Assembly: GCA_001643675.2 (NCBI GenBank)
Contig: LSRY02000007.1
Coordinates: 744,001-808,000 of the forward strand
DNA: 64,000 nt
Direction of reading: 5' to 3'
DNA from: Monocercomonoides exilis PA203
Taxonomy: Eukaryota; Protista; Preaxostyla
Below, piece by piece: positions 27,201 to 39,700 of the stretch. Made by a program: the position numbers and the translations under genes. Each line of letters starts with the position of its first letter. The first letter of the stretch is position 1. Under the pieces are notes generated by a model, which did no database searches, was not told the DNA's origin, and worked only from the letters and a program-made list of their open reading frames with translations.

Positions 27201-30200
27201 TAGCAAAAGGTTTGAACAATTTGACGAAATAGCTTTCGCTTCAGACAGTTGAGTTGGTGGCATTGAAGAATACTTTCGATCGCATTCGTCTTCATCAAGA
27301 GAACGCAATGAACTTGCACTTCTTGAGCGGTGAAGGCTTCTCTTTGGTGATGATTTCGTATCTATTGATTTATTATTTGAGGTAGCGCGATTATTCGAGG
27401 AATCAAGTGAGGAAAAAGCTGAATGAATTGAAACTGACGCACTCACTTTATTGTCTTCTTTTGCATTTCTCTTTTGTTGCATGTCTGACCATCTTTCTGT
27501 GGAAATTTTTAATTTTATCAGTTCCTCTGTAATTGATTTTAGCAGAGAGGAAGAACGATTGTTGTATTGAGACAGAAATTGAATGTATTGATTAGACACA
27601 GAAGAAGGGTCAGATAAAGTTTTCTTTGGTGGAGTTGGAGAGGATCGCAAAAGCAGTGAAGAAGCACTGGGACGAATGGAGGCTGCATCTTCTTGTTTCA
27701 GAAGATCATCTAACGAAATTGGTTCGGTTGAGAGCTCATCAAAATTGAAGGTCTGCGTTTGGTTATTCCCTACGCACAGAGATGGCTCATTTGATTTGTA
27801 CTTGTGTTTTGACTCTGAATTCTTCATGCGTCTGCTTAAAATGCTCTGCAAGCCAATGTTCTGAAACTTTGAATTTATTGAAGAAAGAGTCTCAAACGAA
27901 TCTGGCTTGAACAGCTGAAGCATCAATTCGCGAGCATACTTTGAGAAGAAAAAGCAGTTTGGAGGGAGAGAAGATTGGTGTGCATAGGACGATGAACAAG
28001 AAGATGTTGAAGCAGCAGCAGATGATGAAGATAAATCTGGTGAAGCAGACGAAGCATGCTTATTTGTATTCTGAATATCCTGTTGCATCTCTTTCGGAAT
28101 AAACTGTGCAAGATAGGGTTTCTTCCATATGTCCATCTGGCGCTCTTCAATAAATGCATTCATTGGGATAGCCAGCATCGATGCCTCCCAAAGTGTCCGC
28201 CTTCCTTTCTTCTCTGCAGCCAATGCTCGGCTCAGTCGCTCTTGGCGCAGCTTCAATCTTCGCATGCTACGCTGCTTTTTCGAAGAAGACGCAGCTTTTC
28301 TAGATTTGCGAGTAGTTTGCTCGTTGTCACCTGAAGAAGCCTTTATCTCAGTGAAACTGTCTTTGAGAGATGACTCTTTTTCTTCTTGATGCTTTTGTGG
28401 AGATTTAACGCACGAGGTATCAGATTGAACAGAAGCAGAAACTAATGAAGAGCACACAGGTGAGCTTTGACTTTCAATTAATCCCTGTCGACGAACAAAA
28501 GGAGAAGCTATTTTATTTTCAGCAATGTACTGACGAGAACTGACAGGTGAAGTGTCTGGAATAATTAAAGAAGGGGATTGAAGCAATGCAGTTCCTGATT
28601 CCTGTTTGCTGTTGGCATTATCGCTGTTGCCACGTTCTTTGAGATACGAAAGTATTTTGTCGACTTCACTTCGTTTCCTGTGAATCACCATCCTTGTCTT
28701 TTCCCAGATGAGCCGAATGAGGATGAACTCGTTTTCAGTGACGTTTCTCAAAGGTGATAAGAAAGTCAGCCAATTTTTGTGTTGTAACATGCTTTTATTA
28801 TTGTTGTCATCCTCTTCTAAAAGAGACTGAGAAGAAATTTGAGTATCGTTGCTGAAAGAAAGAGGTTCTCTTCGACCGTCTTTGCGATAGTTCAGCCAGC
28901 CAGAAATGAGTCGCATGGAAAAAGGAACTACAATCGAAGGGGATGGAGAAAAGTATCTATACATGTACTCAAGCGGATCACTGCTGCTGTGCGAAAACAT
29001 CTGAAGAGTGGAATTAGACAAAACAGAGCGAGAAACATAAGAAGTGAAGGGAGATTGAGGGCCGCTGCTCTCAGAAAGAGTCGAAATGTGGATAGAAGGG
29101 AGGAAGTAGCTGGGTCTGGATGTGGGGAAAGTGAACACGCAATGAAGCATCATCACAGCCATCTCTTTATCCAGCTCAGTCAGCGCGTTGCACACAAAAG
29201 AAGAGAAAAACAGAGAGAATCTTTCGACATTCAGAGTAAATGCGCCTGAATGAATGAGATTAGAAAGGAAAAGCAAACGAGAACGAATGTGAGATGCAAG
29301 TGAAAGAGGAGAAAACGAAGGAAGAACATAAATGTCTGAGAATTGCGTTGTGTAAGAGACAGACAGGAATGGAGTGGTTGGTAAAGATGAAGTATAAATT
29401 GAAGAAAACAAGTTGTTTTGCTTATTCGAACGAGATTCTGTTTGATCTTCCATTTTGCCATTGCAGTTCTGAAGATGCGAAAACGCCCTCACACGCAGAT
29501 GATACTCATTCACTTCTCTCAAAAGAACATCTCCAATGGCTCCGTTCTCTTGCAGAAACGAAAATATGTCTGTGGCGTGCAAAAAGATGCCTCGGCTCCA
29601 GTTGGCTTTTCGTTCGCTTTCTGCAACGCGAACAAACTGTTCTCTCGCTTTCCTCAAATCTTCGTTCTCAAATTCGTCGTCTTCATCGTCGTAAAAGTCA
29701 AATTCGTTTTTCAGTCTAACAGTCTTTGTTATCTCCACTTTGAATTGATTGTGCGTGTTTTCGCTCTCTTCGCAGCTGTCTCCGCTCTTCATCCCCTGAT
29801 GTTTGCGCTCACCATCTCCATCCTCATCACTGCTATTTCCATCATCTTCTTTCGCTCTTCGGTTATTATTATTGTTATTGATATTGCTGTTTGTTCCAGT
29901 GGATGTGGAACGAGGCCCCGTATGGTGCTCCACAAAGATGTGCAGAACAAGCGATAGAAGCTGAGGCACTGACTCCATCGCAGCCAAACACGAGAGAATA
30001 AACCTCGCTGGCAGAAAGCATTCTCTGATAGGGCCAGCAGGCAACAAGGTGAATATGTGGCGCAATACATACAGAAGAGAGTCAAAGGAGGAAGAAGTCA
30101 GATTGCGAGAGGAAAGAGAAGGATTGAATGTAGGGCGGAGTGGAATAAGACGATGATTGTGGATTGAGTTAATTTCATTGGATGTTCCGTAATGGCTGTA

Positions 30201-33200
30201 AGAAAGCGATTTCTCTCTTCCAACAGACATTTCCTCATCATCCTTTTGTTTTAACATATCTCCTCTTTGTTTTTCTATTGTGCTTTCCAACTCTTTCTGG
30301 TCTTCTTTCGAAATAGCAGCGATGATATCTTTGCTTTGTTTCTCCTCAGCATATTCTGAATGGCTGCTCACATATCTCAAAGCACGCATGAATCCACAGC
30401 AGTCTGCTTCCTCGTTCTGTTGCTGAGAGGATTGAGACAAGCTCGAAGGAGATGTCGAAGATGGTGTGGATGATATATTTGAATTGTTTGAAGAGCAATA
30501 CTTGCTATTCCATTTGAATTGCGGATCCAGCATCAGAGAAAGAAGGAAATCTATTCCTTCGTTGATGATTGAAATCAACGTGGGCGAAGGCAATGGCATT
30601 GGTAGCTGAGAAATCATTGGATAAAAATAAGATGTGAAAACACCATTGTGGTTACGCGTTGGCAAACTATCTTGTAAATCTGAAATTGAAGCAGACGATG
30701 TGGAATTATCAGATGATGAAGACGAAGAAGATAACCTTATTGATAATGGGGATACGCTTGTTGCAGTTGTTGTGGATGGTGTAGCTGCTGTACTTGGAGC
30801 AGCTGCGAGCTCATCCAGATCCCATTCAGCTCCAACACCAAGCATCTGCAGCACTCGCTCATCTACATATCCTTTCTTTTCTTCTTCAACTGTCAACAAA
30901 GAAGGTACATTTCTATTCGCTGTCTGTCTTTTCCTTACCTCTCTCAGCGCTAGTTTTTCTTCTCGATGTTTCTGGCGTTCTTTGAACTGCCACACCAACC
31001 GCTCGCCAGACCGCACAGCAACACACACAATGGCATTGCCCATCGTAAATGGTGAGAAGACAGATGGGCGGACAAGAATGTTGCGCTGCTGCTGGTCGAA
31101 GTGGAGCACATCGCTGAAGTTCGTTGAGGAGAGGATGGTGCTTTGGCTCGTCCGCTCGCGAAAGGGGTCTGGCAAGATCGTGTGGCGAATGCAGTGCATG
31201 ATAAGCTCTCCCAGAAGAACGATCGTGTTCGAATCTGCAATGGAAAGTGAGTTATCTGTCTCGTATGTACACAGCTGCTGTTGGGATTGCGCTTGGCTTG
31301 CAGATGAAGAGGAGACAGGAAGCAGCTTTTTGTGGAGTCTATCCCTGATAATTGCATCAGTTATGAGAGATTTCGTCATCAGATCGAACATTTCACGAAG
31401 GTCTTGTTCGTTTGAAGTAACGATGAGGTCGCTGAATGTTATCATCATCACACGAATAAGAGTCATCTTCAGCCCGCGCGAATATACAGGGATGCCTGCA
31501 GCTGTCTCCGTTCCAGTTGCATCCAAAGGAATCATAAACGTTGAATTCTCGAACGAGCCGTATTCGTTTTCTAGCTCTTCTTTGGAGTATTCTCCTTCAT
31601 CTATCTCCAACATATCCTTTTTCGTTTTCCTTTCTTTGGATCTTCCTTGTGACTTTGTCTTTTCTCTTGCTTTATCAGTTGCCTCTTCCTTCATTTTGTC
31701 GTTCATCTCATCAATTGTCGATGGCAGCGAGCAACACAGCTGCAGATGCCTGAACGAATTCCACAAGTCCCTCAGAAGCTCCTGCCCCAGCCCCCGCACT
31801 TTCATCTGCATCGGAATGGTCTCCACTTTCAAAGCCCGCATTTCTGCCATCATCTCCTTCCTCTCTCCTTCCGTCAATTCAAAGTTTTCGCAGGAGTATT
31901 GATTGCGCTTCCACGCTGTCTGGCTCTTTTTTTGGATTGCCTTCCTTTTCAGCAGCACTTCAATCTGTTTTTTGTCGTTTGAGGTCAAAACATGTTCGTC
32001 AATCAGATCCTGAATTGTAGCCAGACGCTCAATATATTTCTGTTCTCCCTCATCAAACTCCGATTTAAGGCTATCTGTCGCATTGAAGTTTCTTGAAGAA
32101 TTATTCTCTTTCCTAACCATCACAGCAATGTTCTGCACTTCTTCTCTCTCTTTCAACAGACACAGCCGTTTGAGAAGAGAAGTCGACAAGCGAATGAGCT
32201 CAGGATCGAGAGGAGGAACAGAAGCAGGTGTGGGAAAGGGATGTTGATGTGTGAATGTGTATGGATAAGGAGCAGATAGAGCTTGAAATGACAGAGATCC
32301 TGATGTGGTAGGATTATCAGATGGCAAAGTGAATGAAGGAGTCTGAAGAGAAGAAGGAGTTGAACTACGTGAATGACGAGAAGAAGGGAATGATGTTGCA
32401 GACTTTCCAGAGGGCAGAAGCTGATGTGAAGAAGTGAGTGAATTGATGTAGATTTGATCAACAGTCGAGAAAGACGAAGGAAAGATTAGGCGGATGAGCT
32501 GTGTGGAGCGTAGGAGAGATAAGAAAGAGCGCTGGTTGAGTGCGGTGGAGATGATCAGGGCAGATGGGACGGCAGTGAAGGCATTTAAAGCAGTGGCAGA
32601 AGTGGAGTAGGCATAAATAGTGGTTGTCTGTGGATATGAAAACTGTGATGTGGAAAAGGAGAAGAGAGGACGATCCAATAAGGGTTTTGGCTCGATGGAG
32701 AAAGGAAAAGGCAAAGAAGAAGAAAAAGATGATGATGAAGTATTAGCAGTTAGATTGATAAGTCGAAGCATTTTCTCCTCTCGCGATCTTTCTGACTTGT
32801 CGAGCAGCTCCTTCATCCTCTTTTCTCTTCTTTCTTGTTCCTTTTCGCGTAGCATTTCTCGAAATTTCTTCGATCGCTCCATTTCTTTTTCCTGTCTTTC
32901 CTTCTCCTTCTGCTGTTTTGCATCTTCTTTGTCTTTTTTTTCTTTCTCTCTCTTTTCTCGCTTCTCTCTCTCCTTTCTTTCTCTCTCTCCTTCTTTCTTT
33001 TCAGACGATAAATAAACAGTGTTTTCATTCGAAGTAGAAGCATCTTCTGTACTTGAAGAAGACAACATTGAAGGATTTGGTGAGGAAGCAGAAGCAGAAG
33101 CAGAGGAAGAAGAAAGGCCAAGTGAAGAAGAAGACGCAGATGGGGATATATTCATTGATGAAGGAGCACCTAAGGAAGATGGAATTGAAGCTTCAGCACG

Positions 33201-35756
33201 TTTAATAGAAGAACTAGAATTTTGAGGTGTTGACAAAGGAGATGGTGTGATATTGCTTGATGTTCTCGAATGAGTCTGCAAAGACGAAGCATTTGAATGT
33301 TCCTCTTCTTTTCTCTTCTCTCTTTCTGAACTGCTTTCAGCATTCGTTCCGCGACTTGCCGTTTTTGATGATGTTTCCTTTTCATCTTCTCGAAGCGAAC
33401 TTCGCCTGAAAAAGGGAAAGAACGAAAAACGACTCTCTTCTTTTGTCTTTGTTGTTTCTTTCTCTTTCTCTTTCTCTTTTTCAAAGATGTCATTTTCCTT
33501 CTCTTCTTCGTCTCCTTTTTCATTTTCAGCTTTCACATTCTTTTCCATCTTCTCCAGCAGCTGGGCTGACAACATGTCCAAATCCGTCAAGTTAAAAATA
33601 CCCAGATCTCTTATTCGCCTCTTCCACGTCTCCATGCTAAGTCTTATTCTCGACCTTTCTCTCTCCCTCTCTTTTGCCCTGATCATACCAATTTCATCGC
33701 TCCACAATGGACCTTCATTGCAGGACTCCTTTATATCACCACTTCCTTCTTTGCCTTTGAGCATCTCTTTGCTTCTGTCTGCCACTTTGCTCTCTTTCAA
33801 TTCGCTCACTCCATTTCTCCTTTCCTCAACCAGCTGCTTAATCATGTTATGCACAACTCTATCGTCTCCATACAGCTCCTCTCCCAGCACATCCATCTCC
33901 TTCATCAGCTGCTCCTGCCTCTTTTTGAGATCCGATGCTGCCTCGTCTTCTTCCCTCTGCCTTCTTTCGTCCACTTCTGGAATCCACCAGTCAACACCCG
34001 ACGCGCAGAAAGAGTTGATAAGCTGCTTCATTCCCGTAAGACGGATGTAATGGCATCCGCTCGAGATAAACGCAGCACACAGCCGAAACAGCTGGCTTTC
34101 AAGCTCCGTCCGCACCGGCTGAAACACCTTTTGCTGGGGAAAGCTGACGATGGTGGAGAGAGGAGGCTGCAGGAGATTTGGCGTAACGTTGTTTGGGCCT
34201 GACGGGGCAGGTGAGATTGAAGTGGGAGAAATAGAAGAGACAGGGCATGGCTTGAATGCGGGTGAAAGAGCAAGAGAAAGAGCCTCATGGACGCGAAATA
34301 TACCGAAAAGGCAGTGACGCTGTGAGTATGGAATGAGAGAAGGGAAGATTGGTGGGAAAGGTGAATGAGACTGGGAAGAAACGTTTGAAGACGGACGAGA
34401 AAAGAAGGAAATCTGAGGTGAATGAATCGGAGACTGATGAAATGATGTTGGAAACAGAGAAGACAGAGCAGATGACGTGAATTGCTTGTCTGATGATGAA
34501 GTGGGATTGACTTGAGTAGCCAATTGATATGGAGACGTAATCAAATGTTTTGTGACTGACAGTACAGAAGAATATCGACTCAGAAAACGCGGGTCTAAAT
34601 AACGTGCAGCCATCAGAAAGGGACGAAGAAGATGCTTCAGTCTGAAGAGATTTGGGTTGGATGATTGTGAAGAAAAGGAGATTGATGGTGATTTTGGAGC
34701 TGAAGAAGAGGAGGATGTGTGTGAAAAAGAAGGAGAGGATGAAATGTTGTCCAAGACAGACATAGGACGAGGTATAGAAGAAGGTGTTGGTGAACTCGAA
34801 GGAGGATAAGACACTGTAGATAACGCTGATGAAAATGGAGAAAAGTTTTGCGACAAAGGAATGCCATAACTTGACGATGGAAGTGGAGAAGACACATGAA
34901 TTGAGGAAGGAGATGAATATGATGAATATCCATTCACATTTTCCGCAGAAGATGGAGATGGGTCAGCGCTATCCTTTTTTATTGCTGTGGGTCTATTCAA
35001 TTCATTGAATATCAGTTTTGTCAAATGGTCATAGAGGTTATAATGAATGCAAGAATTTAAAATGGCTATGTGAAAAAGAGGCGTTTTTTCTGATATTGAC
35101 CCCGAACGTAATATTGAATAAATTGGCTCTGGAACGACGGGGTATCTACGTAAACGAGCCTCAAAATTCTGAAAGAACGAAGAGGGTTTGTTCGAAAAAA
35201 AAGTTCCAATTGCAAGGCAAAAGTCATCGGTCACTTCAAGAAATTGAAGGCTACGCAAAAGAGACTCGATAACTGGTCCTATGCTATCGCAAATATCCAG
35301 CCATATTTCTCGTGGAATATCTCTAATGAAAACACATTAATTTCAAATTCTTGCACAAATTGACTTTTTCAAGCAAACCTTACGCTACGGAGCTGTTTGA
35401 ATATTTTTATGCATACGAGGTATAGCTCCTCAAAATGTTCAGGCACTAACTGGTTCCTGTCAACTTGACTGAGCACAGTACAACACGCTTGGATTGTACA
35501 AAAGATATCAAGCAACTCACGGTCTGATATCATTTAATAAAAATTTAAAGAATTAAATTGTTTATAAAAAATACATACAAGAAATGTCATTTGGATCAAT
35601 GCATATGGAACGAAGTATTTTTGTGTATTCATAGACATTATGTAAAATGTCCAAAAAAACTGAAAATAGAATATATACATTTTTTAAACAAGTAAAAAGC
35701 TGCTTACCTCCAACTTTTTTCGAAAGCAATTGAGATTTTAGTACTGTTCCATGCAT
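6285..35756 (-). CDS. Giant USP9X/USP24/USP34 (fat facets)-family ubiquitin-specific protease homolog, ~9,770 aa, probably catalytically inactive
   Basis: Exons 35756-35708, 35659-35579, 35523-35379 and 35322-6285 splice in frame via GT-AG introns of 48, 55 and 56 nt (29,313 nt total). Family blocks: HIRSRLLFLSNLIHSGAFTL..CNALTELDKEMA, Ubl-like LIVECDETFTVQHLR, FVEGGGVSSLL, and a C19 domain with DLLEDERMFFCPGC..LPNTLIFSLNRF, DYFEFP..LDMSPF, YRLSTVVAHTG, CFGG..LLVYER. Confidence 0.85.
19200..21120 (-). other. Peptidase C19 (USP/UCH) domain with degenerate Cys and His boxes
   Basis: Cys box reads STTTGINSCLTLL (canonical GATCYMNS); His box reads HTGASLATGRFF (canonical HxGxxxxGHY). Finger residues ECVNGH and CPGC are retained. 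Confidence 0.8.
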
Positions 35757-35837
35757 ATATACACAGAAAATCGATGGTGAAAAAAGTGATCACTTTTTTA
35801 CCTCTTATGGGTACTCAAGAATGTAGTTTATGGAGTA
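35757..35837. promoter_or_regulatory. 81 bp bidirectional promoter/5' UTR region with a perfect 20 bp palindrome
   Basis: Lies between divergent ATGs at 35756 (-) and 35838 (+). AAAAAAGTGATCACTTTTTT at 35780-35799. Confidence 0.65.
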
Positions 35838-38800
35838 ATGAGCTATCCAGACATTTTATCAACTGAACTTCCTTCAAAATTTGTTCAATTTAAGAGTGTG
35901 ATTTTATGATTGTTAAAAATTGTTTCGATATATTTTTTATTTGAATGGAATTTTCGTAATTAAAAAACAGCTAATCGTTCGGATTCTTCTATACAAGTGA
36001 CATTAACGCTCAATGCTCCTGCTTTAATAAAGTCTGTGTTTTTATATACAGTTAAGAATCTGCAGATTGAGGATCATTGCCCAATGGATCTTTCTATAAA
36101 AGGAGCATTTAATCGTGTAGATGTTCTCCCAACCCCTCAATCTAAATTCGTGCTATGCACAAATCCTAGAATATTACATGAACGTACTTTTGGACTTTCT
36201 GGTTCTCCTACGATTTTTGAATCAGATGAGCGCCAGTTTTATGTTTTATCCGTTAATATCAACATGATCTGTCATTGCTTAACATTTCGATTTTGTCTTT
36301 TGCCTTCGCTTACAAATCATTTTTTCCCTGAACGTCCTGACGCTCCACACACATTTTCTGTTCCTTTTGATTTTATAAGAGTTGTTGGATTTCCTTTATC
36401 AGAATATCCTCATTCAACGTTGTATTTACCACTCATTTCAGATGTGTATAGCTTTTATCCATTAAAGCGGTACGGAAGTCAATACGATGCTTTGATATTG
36501 GCATCAGAATCTCTTTCTTTGGGCGGACAATTTAAAAAAGCTGTTGAATGCATAAGAAATGCACAGGAAGTTCTATTTTCTCCTTATTTACGAGCTGTAA
36601 AAAGAACTTTGAGACATTTGCGAGAAACAGATCAAGCTTTATTTCCACATCAAATGAACTCTACTTCTGGAAATACCACTGGATCGATCTCTGCCACCTC
36701 ATTTTTTTCATTCTTTTTTTCTGCATTAAGTTCCGAACTAAATGGCACCTCTTTCGCATCAACCGGCAATTCAACAATGGACCAAGCTCTTAAATGTGTT
36801 ATTCCTTTCCCAGTTGTCTCTAGTCCTCAATCGCAAACGCCTGTTTCGCCAACTACTTCAAACAGGAAAAACACATCAAGCGCGTCTCTTCTTGTTCCTC
36901 CTTCGGTTGTCTTGTCGGCAATTGCTATGACTGAAATCGTGAGTATTCAACTGCTCATTTCAGCCAGCAAGAAAGCAGCCTCAAAGTCGCCTTTGCCGAA
37001 ACATGACTCTTCCTCCATTAACACTTCCCTTTCTTCTCCTTCTTCTTCTTCAGCACAAAATTCATCCCTTTCAAATCACACTTCTTCAACTCAAAACGGG
37101 ATCAGTGCTTCTGCCAGCCCTGTAGTGCCTGCTGAGACAGACGTAGATCCCTTTGAGATTGTCGCAGCGATGCGGAGAGCTGGCTGGCTGTGGCAGTGGG
37201 TGGAGTGGATGGAGAGGATCGAAAAGACAGAAAGAGAAGAAAGAGCAGCGCTGTCAGCAAACAACTCCCATGCCTCTTCTTGTGAGAAGTTTCAGGACAA
37301 CTTCGAGGCAGAATTGGCTGATGCCATTCAACAACAGCAGCAGCAGCTTCAGCCACAATCACAATCACAGCAAACTCAACAGCAACAACAGCAACCAACA
37401 ATCCAACCATCTTCATCAACTTCGTCAATGATGGAGTCTCCTTCTTCTTCCTCTCTTCTCTCTTTGCCCACACAGTCTTCTCTGCCCCACTCATATCCTC
37501 GTCTGTTCCCACTGTGCTGCGACCCGCCGCCTTCATTCAATCCACCTCCGCTGCTTGTCTTCAACTCCATCTCCACATTCATCTTTTCTGCAGCAAACAG
37601 ACATTTTCTGTGCTATTTCGTTAGACTTCTGAGCGGAGCGCTGTCTTGTTCGTGCTTTCTGACTGTGTTTAGCACATTTCGTGTGTGCACGTATCTTCTG
37701 CAGATGCTGTCAGCTGCTGTGTATGAAGGGTGTGGCGAAGGATGTGGGAGTCGCTATATCCAAAGAGAATATGCGACGGAAGGAGAAGAGGGGAAATTGG
37801 AAGAGACAGAATTGAATTTCTTGAAACAAAAGCAGTCTTCATCTAATCATATTCACTCAACTGGACCGAAACATTCTGATCATGTGCGGATGTATACACA
37901 AGTGTGTGAAATGGAATCTTCTTCTTCCTCTTCCCCTTCTTCTTCCTCATCCTCATCCTCCCCTTCTTCAACTTCTTCTTCTTCAGACTCAAAACAGCCA
38001 GCTGCTCTGTTTTGTTGCTGTGAGTCTGGTGGAGTGTTGGATGTGGCTGGTTTTTTGTTAGCGTCAATCAACTCTGCTGTGACTGCCATCAACGAAGCGA
38101 CTGCCTCGAAAAGGAAGAGTGGGAAACCGAGAATAAGAAGGCAGACTGAGGCGAAAAGGAAAGAAGAAGGAAGACATTTGACAAAAGAAAAGAACATGAA
38201 GATATCTGAACAGAATGTGTTTGGTTCTTATGAAAGTTTTGAAGGGCAGAATGGAATGGGAAAGGAGGAAAGAGCCAAAGGGAATGAAGGAAAGACTGGT
38301 GAAAATGATGATAACAGAACTGAGCACCTTGAAATGAAAGGTGAAAAGGCAAGAAATGAAGAACACGGAGAAGCAGAAGACAAAGAAGAGCACAACAACT
38401 CTGACGCAGATGATGGCGTTAACGATGATACTGATGATGATGACGATGATGATGAAAGCGACGAGACTGAAGGCGAAGAAGCAGAAGAGCCAGAAGCGAG
38501 CGAGCACGAGCCGAAGAAAGCAGCAAGTGAGATGATCCATCCACTTCCCACAGCCGACAACTTCGACCCGTTCAGCTTCAGCTCGATGGACGACGAAGAA
38601 CTCAGTGCGAGGGGGAAGTCGCCAATAGACGAGCATGTTTCACTGCATTCTCTGTCTCCGAGTGAAGGAGAGGAATACGGGAATGATGGAATCTGTGAGG
38701 AAGAGCAAGAAAATGGAGAAGGGAATTTCATGGAGGGAAGTGATGAGGCTGAGGTGGGTGTGCAGAAAAGCAGCAGCCGCAGCAGCAATTTGATTGAAGA

Positions 38801-39669
38801 TGCAGATGAGATGGTGTTTGAAGAAGTGTTTGAAGGCAAAGACGGAGTAAACAATACAAACAATGAAGACAATGAAGACAATGAAGAAGAAGAAGAAGAT
38901 AAAGAGAGAGGCACACCTGCATCCATTGACGATAAACCGGAGCTTTCCACCAGCGCCAAGCAGCTCCATCAGTCTCTGCCTGATCTGCTCAGCATGTCTT
39001 CCACTGCTGATGCTTCGTGCTCTTCTTTGGCGTCTTTCTTACGCTCATCTCAATCTGCTCAATCTGTTCAATCAATTCAGTCTGTTCAATCAACACAGTC
39101 AAATCAATCAAATCAACCAAAGACATTATCGCAATTACCACTGCTGCCTCTGATACCACAACAGTCTCTTCAATCATCATCATCATCATCTTCTTCTTCT
39201 TCTTCTTCTTCCTCTGCTCCTTTCACCTCCAGCCAGCCTTCTTCTTCTTCTTCTTTGTGTCGTGCGCGTCTCTCCTTCTCTCGCTCGTCCATTGCATCTG
39301 CCTCTTCTGTCTCAACTGACATGTCTTATGACACCACGTTCCCTTCAGACTCAACCGCCTCTTTGCCTTTCGTCGCCCCCAAAACCATTTCGCAGCTGTT
39401 TAAATCCGCCCAGCCATACAACGCTATCATATCACTCCCGTTTAACCCAAGAGCACGAATGTTCCTGACACACACAGGCTCCTTCAAAAGGAAGTTAAGA
39501 AGGAAGAAAGCAGCAGCTGAAGCAGCTCCAATTTCTCCTTCAAAAGCAAGCCAGAAAAGCGAGGCAAGCTCTGTTTCACCTTCGAATTTGGCTTCGAATA
39601 TGAATGCAAACTTATCTCCACCAAATATTTCTTCTTCTTCTTCTTCTTCTTCTTCTTCTTCTTCTTCTT

Positions 39670-39700
<31 letters not shown>

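Noticed and set aside
30634-31902. 422 aa antisense ORF and the many other shadow ORFs within the large genes
   Set aside because: They mirror Ser/Glu/Lys-rich codons and GC-rich patches of the real gene; no motifs of their own.
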